A stretch of 64,000 nucleotides of DNA from Williopsis jadinii. Its lineage: Eukaryota. Numbering within the stretch: position 1 is the first letter of the stretch; each line of letters begins with the position of its first letter. The stretch is taken from NCBI GenBank assembly GCA_024346625.1, contig AP024665.1, positions 62,001-126,000 of the forward strand, in the 5' to 3' direction. The position numbers and the translations under genes are program-made. Below the pieces are notes generated by a model, which did not search any database, had not been told where the DNA came from, and saw nothing but the letters and a program-made list of their open reading frames with translations. Positions 1-15,684 of this stretch are shown here, one piece after another.

Positions 1-1
1 G

Positions 2-2152
2 TCAAAGTTGAGGCTTTGGTACGACTATTTCAGATGTAATGGAAGAAATCTAACACTTTCAAAGCAAAAGATGTTCCAAAAGCTCATTCGTGTTGGATTA
101 CCGAACAGACTAAGGGGTGAAATGTGGGAATTGACCTCTGGTGCAATGTACTTGAGATTCCAAGAGCTGGGCACATACCAGAGGATATTGGATAGCCACA
201 GAGATCAGAGGTCTGTGGCAATTGAAGAAATTGAAAAGGACCTGTACCGTTCGTTACCTGAATACTCGGCTTATCAGTCAGAAGATGGTATCAACAGATT
301 ACGTCGCGTATTGACAGCGTACTCATGGAAGAACCCTGATCTAGGGTATTGTCAGGCAATGAACATCGTTGCTGCTGCGTTACTCATATTCCAAACAGAG
401 GAACAGGCATTCTGGACTCTCTCAATTTTGTGTGAAAAGTATGTCCCTGGTTATTACTCAACAACCATGTATGGTACTCTCCTGGATCAAAAGGTGTTTG
501 AAGCACTTGTTGAGAAAACGATGCCGATTCTCTGGACACACATCTCGAAGAACGATATTCAACTCTCAGTGGTTTCACTGCCGTGGTTCCTGTCCTTATT
601 TCTGAGTTCAATGCCATTGGTGTTTGCGTTTAGAATCATTGATATCTTCTTCCTTCATGGACCAAAGACTCTTTTCCAAGTGGCACTGGCAATTTTGAGA
701 ATTAACGGAGAGGAGCTCTTGGAAATAGACGACGATGGAATGTTTATTTCTGTGATTAAAGAGTACTTTTCTCAATTGGATGATTCTGCTCATCCAAATT
801 CACCAGATCCGAAGTTTAGACAACTCACAAAGTTTCAAGAGCTGCTTATTGTTGCCTTCAAGGAGTTCTCCGTTGTTACGGATGACATGATTTCCAAAGA
901 GCGTAATAAACACAAACCAGCCATAATGAAGAACATTGAAAACTTCATGAAGAGAACCCAGTTGCGTAACTTACCGAGAACCCACCACTTAACACAGGAC
1001 CACTTGTCGAATATTTATGACCGTTTCTACGAATCGATCCAATCTAAGAAAATGAGTCTTGGAACAGGCAAATCTTCAATGGACTTTGAAACTATGAGAC
1101 AGTTTCTGTCGGGGTTCTGTGACTGGATACTCCCTGATGACGAATTCAAGTACCATGATGGTGATTTCTTACATCGTCTCTTTAGAGCTTGGGATAAGTC
1201 TGGTCAGAACGAACTCAGCCTTACCGACGTTGTTGTTGGATTGGATAAATTGGTTAACCGTAATCTGATGGAGTCCATTTCAAACTTTTTCGGAATATAT
1301 GACCCAGAAGGCACCGGTGAGATTGACAGAGAGGGCATTCTACAAGTTTCTGAAGGGTTACTATATATCACAAAACCCCTTCAAGATGGTAAGATTTTAG
1401 ACCAGATAACCACCAATTCTATTGAGTCCTATGTTGCAGACAAGGTACTGGAGCTACAGACATCTCCAGACGACATTGTACTCCCATCTGAGGTGAACAT
1501 TGATAAGGAGAAATTCCAACGTGAGCAAGGTGAACGTTACCTGTCAGCAGCATCCAATTTCATCCAGCGTGCGTTTGAATATGCGCAACCGGTTGAAGAG
1601 CCAATGTTGATCGATCTTCCATCTTCGAAAGATACAGAGAAGTTGAAGGCAAACTTGGCTCTCGACCCTACCCACCCATTAACCTTGAACGTTCCAACTT
1701 TCCGCATGGTGATTCTGGCTGATGAATCTTATGAACTGTTGTTCTCTAAGACATTGGCAGATACCATCCATGTTGATCGTTCAATAACGGTCACAAACAA
1801 GAATGGTGTTCTTCGTGATATGTTTGATGGACTCATCGCAGATGGACGTCGTGTTGCATCACATGTCCGTCGTCGTATGGATTCCACTGCTACAACCAGT
1901 GCAACCTCTGTTACATCTGGATCCTCAAGGAGTAGAACAGCTGTTGTATCAGCAGATGAGGACGATGACGATTTCGATCCGCACGCGGATGATGGCGATC
2001 TGATGGATAACGTTGAATTGAGTGCTCTTGGGGACGTTCCTATTGGCGGACTTTCCGACAAGGAAGCGCAAAGAGGCGAAGATTTAAAGGTTCTCCACGA
2101 GCAAAGTAATTATACAAAGGATACAGACCAGCTCATCGAATTCGAGCATTAA
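2..2152 (+). CDS. MDR1: TBC-domain Rab GTPase-activating protein (Mdr1/Gyp2), 5' end outside window
   Basis: Frame is open from the window edge. It has TBC motifs ([28 protein letters not shown]) and a degenerate EF-hand ([12 protein letters not shown]). Confidence 0.9.
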   Translation, partial: SKLRLWYDYFRCNGRNLTLSKQKMFQKLIRVGLPNRLRGEMWELTSGAMYLRFQELGTYQRILDSHRDQRSVAIEEIEKDLYRSLPEYSAYQSEDGINRLRRVLTAYSWKNPDLGYCQAMNIVAAALLIFQTEEQAFWTLSILCEKYVPGYYSTTMYGTLLDQKVFEALVEKTMPILWTHISKNDIQLSVVSLPWFLSLFLSSMPLVFAFRIIDIFFLHGPKTLFQVALAILRINGEELLEIDDDGMFISVIKEYFSQLDDSAHPNSPDPKFRQLTKFQELLIVAFKEFSVVTDDMISKERNKHKPAIMKNIENFMKRTQLRNLPRTHHLTQDHLSNIYDRFYESIQSKKMSLGTGKSSMDFETMRQFLSGFCDWILPDDEFKYHDGDFLHRLFRAWDKSGQNELSLTDVVVGLDKLVNRNLMESISNFFGIYDPEGTGEIDREGILQVSEGLLYITKPLQDGKILDQITTNSIESYVADKVLELQTSPDDIVLPSEVNIDKEKFQREQGERYLSAASNFIQRAFEYAQPVEEPMLIDLPSSKDTEKLKANLALDPTHPLTLNVPTFRMVILADESYELLFSKTLADTIHVDRSITVTNKNGVLRDMFDGLIADGRRVASHVRRRMDSTATTSATSVTSGSSRSRTAVVSADEDDDDFDPHADDGDLMDNVELSALGDVPIGGLSDKEAQRGEDLKVLHEQSNYTKDTDQLIEFEH

Positions 2153-2227
2153 TGATAAGCACACATCACAATTTAAGATACATTATATTATGGTACGTAG
2201 TTGATACCTTAGAAAGAACCTCTTCTT

Positions 2228-4728
2228 TCATTTGTTTGTTCTTCCAAACAACTTCTTTAGTTTGGCAAATCTCTTAGGTTTTTCTTTGGATTGATTTGGA
2301 ACTTCACTTTCACTAAAGTACCTTGTCATACGATGGTTCTCTGGAACAGATTTTGCAGGTGATGGTGCCTCATTCTGTGATACTGAACGAATGTTTTGTA
2401 CAGAGTTTGGTTTGCGTAACGTCTGTGTTTTTGCAAATTGGGGTGCTGGTGCAGCAAACACATCGTCATCATCAGAATCATTCTCAAAACGTGATTTGAA
2501 ACCTGAAGATAGATTTGCAATCTTATCGGAGAAATTGCTCTGTGATTGCTGTATCGACTGCGTTGCTTGTTGATGGTGTCCATTTGAACGAACAGCCTGA
2601 TTACGGTAATACCCCAACTGCGATTCAAACTCCTTGGGCTTTGATGTTCCAAAAGCTGGATCTCTCATGGACATTCTTTTGAATGCACCATGTGCATCAT
2701 GTGGACGCTCCTTTTCGAATGAGGATGCACGTTCAAGCTTTGGTGGGACTGGATCAGGTTTACGAGTAGCGTTCACAGCTGCTGCGTTAGCCGAAGACAA
2801 TGGCTTCTGAGGTGGCTTGTTTATCACTGATGGATTATGTGAACGTGAAGTTGTGCTTTGTCTCTGCACGGGTTTGTTGTTTTGTTTTTGCTGTGTTGTT
2901 GAATTTGATCTCGGTTTCACACCGCGGTTTTGTTGTGTTTGACGACCTTTGGATTCAACTGTTGGCACTTTTGATAAACGGTTTGACGGTGAGCGTGATA
3001 GACTGTTTGGAGCAGTATTGAGGGCGTTGAGTCTTGTATTTTCAGCAGTTGTCAAGGACAAATAGGCGTCATTTGCTGGGTTAGAACCATTTGGCAGGTT
3101 AATTGAAGATGTGCTCGATTTGTATTTTAGAGCAGACTTCATAGGCGATGCTTGACGGCGTAATGCAGAACGCACAGGTAATTCTTCAGACTCTGAGGAG
3201 TAAACGCTTGAGCCACGATCCACAACAGTTTCGGCGTGGTTGTTAGCGTACTGTGATGGAATAGTAGGACGCAAGGTTTGAGCCATAGATGATGGTGCCT
3301 TCTCATCCTCAATCTTTGAAACTTCAGGTTCAGTGTCCTCCGTGGTGACTGAAGATTGTGCAAAGTTCAAAGTATCAGATGATTTAGCAGTAGATGGTAA
3401 GTCAACGTATTGATTCAAATTAGAGTCGTGGTTAACGTCACTGTTTTCATCTTCCAGCTTGGTGATAAACTCCTGTTCATGAGTCAATTCATCCTTTAAA
3501 TCTTGAGCAAGTTTTGTCTCATCGGACTCTTTAGCAACTTTCAAAACCTCCAATTCACTTTCGCCAACTTTTTCTACCGATTCTAGCTCTTCATGAACAG
3601 TATCAGGCCCTTCAATAACAACATCTGGAACATCTTGTGACTCTTTGTTCTTGCTCAATTCACTACTAGCTTGATTTTCCCCGGAAGCAATATCGTCAAC
3701 TTTTGCAATAATGGCTTGTGCAGATGGTTCTAGTTCAGATGGCAGTTCTGTTTGACCCGCTCCAGATTCGTCCTTTGCTTCGACATGATCTTCCGAAATT
3801 CCGTTTTGTTCAAGATCCGTTTGCTTGACGGTAGTAATCTCTTCCGCTTCAGATGCAACGTCTGCTTCCACATCACCAGACAGTGGTTCCGATTCACTTT
3901 TCTGTTCCAAGTCAGCAGACACTCGTTTAGGCTCAGAGTCCACCTTTGTTTCCGATACTGGCTGAGCCTTATTTTCAGTAACTGCGTGGTCTTTAATATG
4001 GTGCACAACTTCAGGCTCGAGAGTGAATTCGGTTTCCTTGAGTTCGTCAACCTCTTTCAGTTCGTCCACAAACATTGCTCTCTTCGAGCTGCCAGTAGAT
4101 TTTGTAGAACCTTGATCAAACGAGTTGAACCGTGGTTTCGGTTTAGTCAAGCTATGTGATCTCTGCTGGGACTGGCTCGGTTTTCTCTTCAAAGAGTTCT
4201 TTCTGAATTGCTCCTGCTCTTTGGCAATTTCTTCAACAGGTACTTCGACGGTGACCAGCCCATACGGGCCAGGAATGTACTTCTTTACAGTCTTTGGTCT
4301 GCTCACTGGTTTCAAGCTTCTGGTGTTTGACGATTGCGGCTTTGACGACCAACTCTGAGACCTCGTTGCTTGCTTTTGTTGTTGTTGTCTGGACGTCGAG
4401 GCGTTTCTTGCGGGTAATCCATAGCTCGAGAAACTGTTAAAGGATCCACTCCTAGCGGCAAATGAGCTTCTCTGTAGCGATGGAGTTCTCTGGAAGGAAT
4501 TCGAACGAGGAATAGGCGTTCCAGTCTTTATAGAATTCCCAATGGCAGAAGCCGCCGCCAGCGCATTGGAGCTTGCGTTTGAAGGCTGTTTCATAAGAAG
4601 GGTTAGTATACTCCACAAATATAGCCTGCACCGCTAATTACAGAAACAAATAGCAGCAACGCCAACGAGATACTTACATCATGGGGTGGAACAGTGCTGA
4701 CTGGACGACTCTTACGCTTGTTGAACAT
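2228..4728 (-). CDS. SEG1: Eisosome protein Seg1/Seg2-like; two exons (4728-4678, 4585-2228)
   Basis: Exon 1 MFNKRKSRPVSTVPPHD, then a phase-0 intron 4677-4586 (GTAAGT...TACTAAC...AACAG) joining in frame to PSNASSNALAAASAIG. Seg-family features: KTVKKYIPGPYGLVTVEVP, AYLSLTTAENTRLNA, basic C-terminus KLKKLFGR. It lies near GFA1/APE1, as SEG2 does in S. cerevisiae. Confidence 0.8.
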
Positions 4729-5422
4729 CTTGTCTCGCTGGAGTATTCCAAAACTTGTTGCTTCGGTTTGCAAAGAGGTCTCCAAACAAGGGGAAAAATA
4801 AACAAATCACGCTCAAAAGGACCCAAAGGGGGATGGGCTCCAGGCTGAAATTGGGCAAAAACAACAGCAGGGAAAAATAGCAAAGGAAGCACACGCAGGG
4901 AACAAAGAGAACAATCACGCAAAGACTGTGTCCAATTAATAATCGAGTGGCGAGGTTGAATTGGCGCTTACACTATGGACTAATCTGTCAATTGTTATGG
5001 GCTTTGGGTGTTGTGGTTTTCTTCAATTTGAATCTTTGCTGTGGTATGTAAATTACTATAAAAAGTTGCTATTTTCAAGTGTGTGTTTTGGCTGTAGTGT
5101 TTGTTTTCTGCTTCTTCTAACAAAATACAGCAGAGGAAGAAGGTTTCCGTACTGCGGCAAGCACTGCAACGAACTTTAGCCGCAGGTTGATGCCCACCAG
5201 AACAAGGAAGGAAAAAAGAAACATGTCCACTTTAGAACGATGGCTCTGGGAATCGTGCTGTGGTATCTTAGTACATTGATGTATTTGAGTGTAGGCTTCA
5301 GCCCATTGTGATTTATGTGTCAAAGAATTGGTCGCGTTGTATGGAAAAGGTGTGATTTTTCAGGAGAGTTCAGCTCCGATGTACAATATATGTATTGTGA
5401 AGGAAGAGGCAATCAACATGGG

Positions 5423-5484
5423 ATGTCTATGGAGAGTGGCAATGTCAATGGAGAGTGGTTATGTCAATGAAGATTGATGATGTC
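5423..5484 (+). repeat. Degenerate 19-bp tandem repeat (~3.2 copies)
   Basis: ATGTCTATGGAGAGTGGCA / ATGTCAATGGAGAGTGGTT / ATGTCAATGAAGATTGATG / ATGTC. Confidence 0.7.
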
Positions 5485-8400
5485 GTCAAGTGCTCCTGTC
5501 CAGTGCCAACGGACCCAAACATTGATAGCTATCATCGTATCGTTGATAGCTCATCACATGACTATTCCACTGCCTTCAGAGAAACTATGTGACAAACTTC
5601 ACCCATTGTCTCAAATATACAAGGGAGACGACCTATAATGGTGCATCGCACCCAACATCTACCAATTGTAACGCTACTCCAGCTACAACAATGCACATGT
5701 CATCCCACTGTGGAGCACACGGGAGTAATTATGTACGCATTTTCTTGAAGTTTATCCACCAAAGGGCTCGTAGGCGTAAACTAGTCATAGAAAGCGGAAA
5801 ACTACACAAGTAAAGCATATTACGGAAGCTAAATTTCAAATGGTGACCGATGAACCATAAATCTTGACGTTGGAAATGTGTAGCACCCGCACGACGGTGG
5901 TGTTGAGGCGACAAAACCCTCCACCATGGGGGAAATGCACAGAAAACATTGCCTTGCCTACATAACCATGGTACTTTGTTCTTAGGCATCAGGTTTTAGG
6001 TTTAAGCTGGAGCTGGGAAGTTTGGTAAATCACCAGTGGCTCAAAGCCACACTAATTTGCCGACTCTAGTTTCCTAAAACAGCTCAGCAATCTTCGATTC
6101 TTGAGCAACTGCGTGAAGTTACTCAACTGCATGGGAGCGTAAGAGAAAGGAAGATAACAGACGTTGCAACCGAAAGACCGAGTTATAACCTTAAATTGGT
6201 TACCGATAAAGAATTCGGTGTACAGATCATGGGAGTTGCATGCCAAATCACCCTTCTTCGGCGTCGAAGTCCGCACTTAGGGTACAGCACAGGCTAGAGA
6301 AGCAGAACTTAGAACATTCAGGAGATGACGTCTCTACAAAGGAACCACCACTGTAGTGAGCAGCCTTTATAAGAAATGTTGTAGCCCAATGCCAAATCGT
6401 ACGCGTCATGAGTCCAGCTTGAAGTTGAGGTGAGGTTACTCTCCATCAGCATGGAGCAGGATGACGTTTTCAGTTAGCGACGTAGTGGATCGCATAAAGG
6501 ATTAGCATGCGAGCATGTGCGGTGATTATTGATCAAAGACACTAAAAGGGAGCTCAAATCCATTCAACTTGCGGAGTGTAGAATGACTCTCTGAAGCTTA
6601 AAAATTTTCCAGACTTGATGTGGGTTGCCTTTGGATTCATGTACCCGTCAACAATGCACATATCCATATTTGTTCGGCATGGCTCTGATCACTTGTACAC
6701 TGTGATATCAATATTACCTCAAACGGACGAGGAAAGCCGAAGGATCAGAACAAGATCGACATTGGCTGACAAAAACAAACTCCCCAGCCAATCAACGCAT
6801 ACTCCCATGTACACTTGGATACAAAAAGCGGTTCAGTGTGGAAAGTTCATTGTTTAACTTGGCTTTCGGAACCCGACTATGAACCTACTGATCAGGTCTT
6901 TGTTTAGCTTATACATAAATAAATAGCAGGAGTGACAACGGTTTTTGACCTACCAGGGCGTGGCGTGTGTATAGCTTAAAATTCATAGGCCTCGTCGGTA
7001 AGCTGTCGGAAGCTTTCCAGCTTCCGATGTCCATTCAAAGTTGTGGATCCAACCGACGATGTACACAGCACGTACCGCCCAAAGCTATACAGCCGAAAAT
7101 ATCGGCAACACAGATATTGGGTGTTTGGCTTGTACCTGTTGGTTATGAATGTAGGCAAATAGCGTAATTGTAGCATACTGTGATATGCACAGAAGCATCA
7201 CAAAAGGGGCATTCCAATTATGTATGCACCATAATGCGGCAGATGGTATTTCAAGGGCAGAAGTCCTCGTTTTGAACCCTCCTCAAAGTGTCTGTTTTAA
7301 CGTTGAGTGTATGGCTTTGGACACATGTACCTTTGGCCACACGTAGCTCAATGGCTTCATATGTTCTCTGTTGAACTAACAGAAGCGACCGCATACTGTC
7401 TCATCTAATTATAGGAACTGGGCCCAAATTGGACGAGTATCCTTTTCTAAGCGAATTATTTTTACCATTGCATCATTTCATCGGAAACCCACACCACGTT
7501 AGGGAAAGTAGATGAACCGCATATGGCCCAGCCAAAAGGACGACGCGAAAGCAGCTCAGGTGAGAATAGCGGAGATGATAAGATTAAACTCCACCGTATC
7601 ACTCGTATCCAAGTATTCTCAACTTAACGTCGCAAACTCTCACTAACCCGTTTGAACTTTGCAGAATGTTGGGCTTTTGCACTTGATACACTTTCTCGGG
7701 AATAAACGTATCTACAACCTTAAAAACACAAAATTTTCCGTAACGATTTTACTTGTGAATAGAATGGTGGTATAGAGTGCATGGTGGTGTCCAACAGCTG
7801 TGGAGATATTTGCCGAGTATGTTTGGTTAGATCATTGTAGTTGAGAAAGAGCATCTTAATCTCTACCTTCGGTAATGCGTCCCAGATTAGTCGGAAAAGC
7901 TCTTCATAGCTACTTAACCGAGAACTCGGAGAGCATCAGAGAGTACACATTCTGGTCCTCGTGTGCTTGTTAGGAAGCGAAGGCTCTGTTTCGTGCTTCA
8001 TGCCAAAAATGTGTGTTCCTATGTGCCTATCTGTTGTCTATACCTGTCCACCGTATACCGGTCAACTGTTGCTCAGGCATCCTTAATACCTTATTTCTAG
8101 AGTGACCATCATATAGGTAGCCTACGCCTTAGTTTCCTGCCATTGAGCCTTTCCTGACTTTTTATTATAACCTACAAATTAAGGCTTATAATGTCGTGCT
8201 GCCTGAAAAAATGACAGTTACAGTGCTTCGGAGATGTGTGTCAATGTTATTGATGTCACGAAGTGGGAAAACAATCGGTTTAAGGACATTAAGGGTTGAC
8301 TCTAACGTGCGAGAATTGACGACGCCCGGTTGACAAGCTGCAAGCAAAGAAAAGAAAGGAAAGGGGAAGTGGGCCGAAAAGGGGAGTTGAGGTACAGGCT

Positions 8401-8559
8401 GCACGCCACTGCAAAGGAGACGCAGATATGCGCCAATCACATTTCTATCAAGCAGTGGAATTATTCTATGTAATGAACACGAAGGGCAATGTTTGAGCTC
8501 CTCCACCACACAATTGCCTTACGGACGTAAAGTGGCAGAGTGGTTGATATCTTGTACTC

Positions 8560-8569
8560 TATATAAATA
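8560..8569 (+). promoter_or_regulatory. TATA box of the 8668 gene
   Basis: TATATAAATA about 100 bp upstream of the ATG at 8668. Confidence 0.5.
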
Positions 8570-8667
8570 AGGAATCGCTTCCCGTAATCTTCACAACAGC
8601 CACACAGAAAAGGTCCAACCTCTTCAACAACAAACTAGTTGAGCACACCGTGACTACAACATACACT

Positions 8668-9636
8668 ATGAATCTTCAGTACTTGGAACAGAACTATATG
8701 GAGTATCTCACCCAAACAGACAAAGACGTGCACCAGCGTGTTCTACAGCAATGGGAGTTTTTACCAGCCTCGTCGGATGACATTTTGAGTTATTCTCCTC
8801 TTGACACCAACTACTCTGGTCCTTCTCCTAATTTTTCCACACTCCAGGAGTTCCAAAGCGATGATTTCGTTCCAATAGAGACGTCACAGCAGTTTCAAAA
8901 TTTTAGCTTGAGCATGTCTCCTTTGGGTTCCCAAGCACAGCCTCAAGCAATCCCTCTCAGCTCGACGATGACATCAGTTCCAGCTTGTTCATCAATTCCC
9001 TCGCCACTGAGCATGCTACCAACTCAACAAAGCCCAGAATTTTCATCCCTTACAATGCCACAAGATGCCCAAAGGAAGAGCAGTTTACTTGATGAGCTTC
9101 AGCACACCACAACGGCTTTGGAAAGTCATAAAGGCAAGCTGAAGGCACATCGTATGAAGACGAAGGGTCGCTGCTCAAAATCCAGAACACGTTCAGCCCC
9201 TTCGATGACGGATTTACCAACGCAAAGAGGACCAATTCCAGCTTCAAAGCCGGTGTTGAAAGTGAACCCTGTCACTGGGGAAGAAGTTCTTTCGTTCTCA
9301 TACTCACGGAAGAAGATTGTCACCACTTTTGAAATCAAGTGTCCAATAGAACCAATGAACTCGAATAACTTCCCAACAGAATTTCTCGTTGATAATTGCG
9401 TATATCCAAGGGCTATGGCACCACCTCATGTATACACAGGTAAAAGGGGCAAATATGAACACGAATGCAACACAATCGGATGGACACTGGCGTGGATGAA
9501 CCCCAAACTACGCAAGCATCGTGGTTTAATCCAAAGAGCTGTTGATTCATGGAGAAACACACGTCGTGATACATCACTGCACAGTCGTAAAGTGAGAAGA
9601 GAGGAATCACTAATTCGGAATTCTGGACAACAATAA
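8668..9636 (+). CDS. Uncharacterised fungal protein: Ser/Gln/Pro-rich N-terminus plus conserved C-terminal domain (possible transcription regulator)
   Basis: 322-codon ORF from the first ATG, with a TATA box upstream. The C-terminal NCVYPRA..Y.G.R..YE.ECN..GW.LAW.NP.LR..RGLIQRAVDSWRN resembles a conserved ascomycete domain of unknown function that I cannot name with certainty. Confidence 0.8.
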   Translation: MNLQYLEQNYMEYLTQTDKDVHQRVLQQWEFLPASSDDILSYSPLDTNYSGPSPNFSTLQEFQSDDFVPIETSQQFQNFSLSMSPLGSQAQPQAIPLSSTMTSVPACSSIPSPLSMLPTQQSPEFSSLTMPQDAQRKSSLLDELQHTTTALESHKGKLKAHRMKTKGRCSKSRTRSAPSMTDLPTQRGPIPASKPVLKVNPVTGEEVLSFSYSRKKIVTTFEIKCPIEPMNSNNFPTEFLVDNCVYPRAMAPPHVYTGKRGKYEHECNTIGWTLAWMNPKLRKHRGLIQRAVDSWRNTRRDTSLHSRKVRREESLIRNSGQQ

Positions 9637-11845
9637 GGCAGAAACTATGCCAAATAATGACAATACCATAATTATAATACATATTTCCCATTTTTTATAT
9701 CATGTTTTCGTTATATTCCGACAAATCCATACTTTAAAGAGGTCCTTTGTAGATAAACACTCTTCACGGAACTTAAGTGTTAACTGTAAACATCTCGCTT
9801 ATGGGTCATTGCCGTTGTGTACGGCTGTTTCATGCAGGGGCACTATCTGGTCGCTTAGGCAAAGCAAAGGATGTATTAGGCTTGATTTATTGAACTGAGA
9901 GCTGTGAACCATGCTTTCCTATGACGGCACAGAGTAGTATGACCTTTGAGTGGTGATTCTTCCTGAATATTCTGCCCTATACAACCAACCAAAAATCTCA
10001 ATGTGACCCTGGATGAACCTCGCTTTCGGATCCATTTTTGACTTGTCCTCATTGGACTAAGGCTCCGCCTTGATCGTTCGACAGAGCACAGGTTTGAGAG
10101 CATACTACACCATAATTCCCGTTTATTACTGCTATCTTTCCATGCAGTATGCACACCACCTGTACATATCTAATATACTAACGTCAGTTTTGCAGCTTGC
10201 TCAAATATTAGAGATGCTTTTAAGCAACAACAAAAAAGTCGCAGTACAGTTATTTTATCAATGCTGTAATGAAGTCATTGGTCATATGCACAGTATTTTG
10301 AACCAATTTAGGTGCTGAGGCTCAAGAAATGTCAGCCTCGGTACTTTCTATCATAATATTCATGGCTGAAGATGTCATTGTCGAATAGATTATGTTTTAA
10401 AAATTCTGTCGCATATCTAAAATTCGACTTCGACCTCGAAGCCATCCTTTCCCCATAGAGAAAGTTGAAGTCAGTAACATCACAATGTGATGTGTTTTTC
10501 CAGCATGCAAAGTCATGTGCTTGTGATAACCATGGTCAGTAGACGGTTGACAAATGAACTAATCTTATGGACAATTCTACGCGAACAAGATCCTAGAAAT
10601 TGCTATCATTGGGTGCCTCATCGTGCTTCTTCCCCTCCTGCAAATGGACCTGGTTGCGTGTAATATCTGATAACTTGACAAAGCACTAACATCCACATAA
10701 AGCCTTTTCAAGTCTTTGGAACTTCCCAGATATGGAGAGTTATCCATGCATATGTTGGTTCCCAACATCGGGAGCTTCAACTCGGGCAGTTACTCTGTAA
10801 AGACTCGGAACGAGGGACAGAGGTAGTTATTGGGAAAGTCAAGAGTTGTACCGAGAGGCTATGGAGTCCCGGGAAGATCCTTCACGATCCACAATATGCA
10901 CTGTATCTAAGATCGTCCACAGTGTAAATCTTCAGAAGCCAGCTGGACGGTAATTCTGTCGGTATATTTTGGTGATTTCTGTATTTATTTATTTATTTTT
11001 TTTTGATTTTTGCAATATGAACGGCACAACTTACTCAGGTCACATCTAAAGAACCCTTTGTAGTTTTATACCTATCATCAAAGTAAAGAGCTAAGAGCAG
11101 ATCAAAGGAATGTATGAAGCGTAGAAAAAGCAATTTGGTATCACCTTTTGTAAGAAGCGTAATTTCCGTGCACCATAGACCATGACTTGGACAGAATATC
11201 GGTTAGCTTACATTCATTCAACTCATTGGAACAAAACAATAGTTACTGTTGGACGCGGATCAGATGAAATATGCGATCTTCTTTCATGTGTAATTCCTCC
11301 TGGAAATTGAGATGAATGAAGATCTGTTTTCTTTTTGGAGGGGGTCTCGTTCTTAACAAATAACAGCTAAATTCCAGATAATAAAGCATTTGCTGAAAGT
11401 GAGATAGTATTGAGCATAAAAAGAGCTGGAGCACGATTATGCAACTTCTATAATAATTTTTTGGATATTTATATAAATGTTTTATAATTGTGTTCCATCA
11501 ATATGTGCGCATAATTTATTATATAATAGTAGTTTACATGTTATAGCCACCTGTTAGCGCAAAGAAAAATAGGCGAAGGGCATTACCAAAGCCGAGAGAG
11601 GCCAGTGCACACAGTATAGTTACATGCTTTAAACAACAGATAGAAGCATACATAGCACCTCTTCACTGTCGAAATATGACTCATGAGATGTTCCTCGATC
11701 GTGGAATATCCTACACGGTATGGTTTATGAAGATGAATGGTTTGGTAAATACACCACCTTCAACCATCGAATCCTACATAGTCAGTCCCATAATTTGAAT
11801 AGAATTAAATCACAATCATATCTATGACAACCGAAGAAATCACAT

Positions 11846-13936
<2,091 letters not shown>

Positions 13937-15684
13937 TCAAATCAAGGCCCTAGGGGAAACAACAACAGTCAGGCAGTATATGCGACAGACAGCTAAGATC
14001 AACGTATAACACAGGCAATGGGCAGCGGGTGAGGGGCCTTTGGAAATGGGATCAAATCAAAAGACAGAAATGGACGATAAGATGGAGAGGAAATCACACA
14101 AACACACGCAAGTGGGGCCTCCGGTTCCTTTCAAAACTTCTTCGTTATTCACGTACCTGTTCAGCTCAGTCCAGTCCAGTTCAACGGAAAAGATCAAACT
14201 CTCAATGGACAACGACGTTCCAGTAATTCCTTTTATAGAAAAGTAAACAGAGGGAGGAAAATGGGAAAAGAGAGGAAATTCTCAAATTTTGCCTTTTAGT
14301 TGAAGTTATATATACACCACAAAATTTCGTGAAACGATCCGCGCTGAGCACTTGGAGCAGGCTGCCTGTTGAGGATTTTTCTGCCTGTTTGTTTTGTTTG
14401 TTGTCATTTTTGTCCCCGTTTGGCTGTGTCAACACGAGCGAAGATTACCCGATTGGGATGAAATTGCCTGCAACTCGGGTTTTCGCAAAAGTTTTTTCCT
14501 TCTTGCTTGGTGGAACAACCGCCGCTTCGAGAGTTTCACAACGTGTCTAAAAAAAGAAGTGTGGGCGGAACAACTCCCAGTAGCGAAATCCGCTTGTGGC
14601 AGTTTTTTGACGTTTTTTAGACGATTAATAGCTACGCGTTTGGTGATTTGACATGTTGTGCTATTGTGTTAACCAAGGCTTGTAGCCGTGGTTGTCCTGT
14701 GTAATTGAGCAAAGAGACGGATGGCGAACCGTGTCATGCTGCTTTTAAAACCGACAACTGCTGTGCTGCTCACACTTTGCGCAAATCATGAAACTGAATT
14801 TGGATGTGGAAACACGGGTTCAGACAGCGCGTGCGCGTGAGCTGGGCGAGCGCTGCTCGGTGCCATCAACCGACTTTGCTCACCAGCTTTTCGCACTGGG
14901 TCAGCAACGCGCTGAACGGAGGGTAAGACGTGTGGTCCCGACCGTCTGATGGGGGCACACAGGACACATACGGGTTTTATAGTTCAGGCCCACCAGTTCT
15001 GAAATGTTCGGGTGTTTTAAAGCGATGCCTGGTGCCATGAGCTGTATATACAGAGCTCTTGGTTCTAAACGGTTGTCCTTGGGTTCTTTGATGCGATGGT
15101 GATGTACAGTGCAGTAAGAGCCGATTAAGAACATCGGGACTAATACTTCTGATGTTGGGCGTGTGATTACAGGACATTGCCGTAGTGCCTTTGATGGCGT
15201 TTGGTGATGGGGACTATTTGGCGTAGCCATTTACCTTGTTATAACTCAAGGCTTATACCGAAATGAGCCATTGCCAATGGCAGTGCACTGACAGATATCT
15301 TCTAATGGCTCAATTGAAGGTAACAGGGATGTGGGGCTCACTAAGCACGGAGTAGGGGTGCTATGTCAGCACTAACTGTACTGACATTTGAGCTAAACCC
15401 TTACACCAAGGACACAGTCACCACAGGATGAGTGTCGCTAAATGATGTGCGCAATGTGTGTCGTTGAAGGAGTAAATGATAGCCAATACAACGTCACAAG
15501 ATGCCACCGATGGCTCTTTCCCTACAAATGCCAATGTTGGCATTATCTTTGATAACGGGACCAGTGATCGTAGACTGCTTATTAAGCGATTAGTCAGCAC
15601 AATGCATAATGCACATGTATAAAGCCAGGAGTGAAGTCTCCCTTGTTTTGTTGTCTTTTAGTCTTAGCTGCTCAGGTTTCCGCT

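Noticed and set aside
5423..5484. 19-bp repeats (and 22-bp repeats at 50022) as a CRISPR-like array
   Set aside because: Head-to-tail copies without unique spacers, only 2-3 units, in a eukaryotic context.
10560..10960. Possible decayed Leu-rich coding fragment on the minus strand
   Set aside because: Only vague Leu periodicity with stops; I could not assign any family motif.
11440..11545. Very AT-rich patch as a replication origin
   Set aside because: No exact ARS consensus seen, and origin motifs are unknown for this species; AT-richness between convergent genes is expected.
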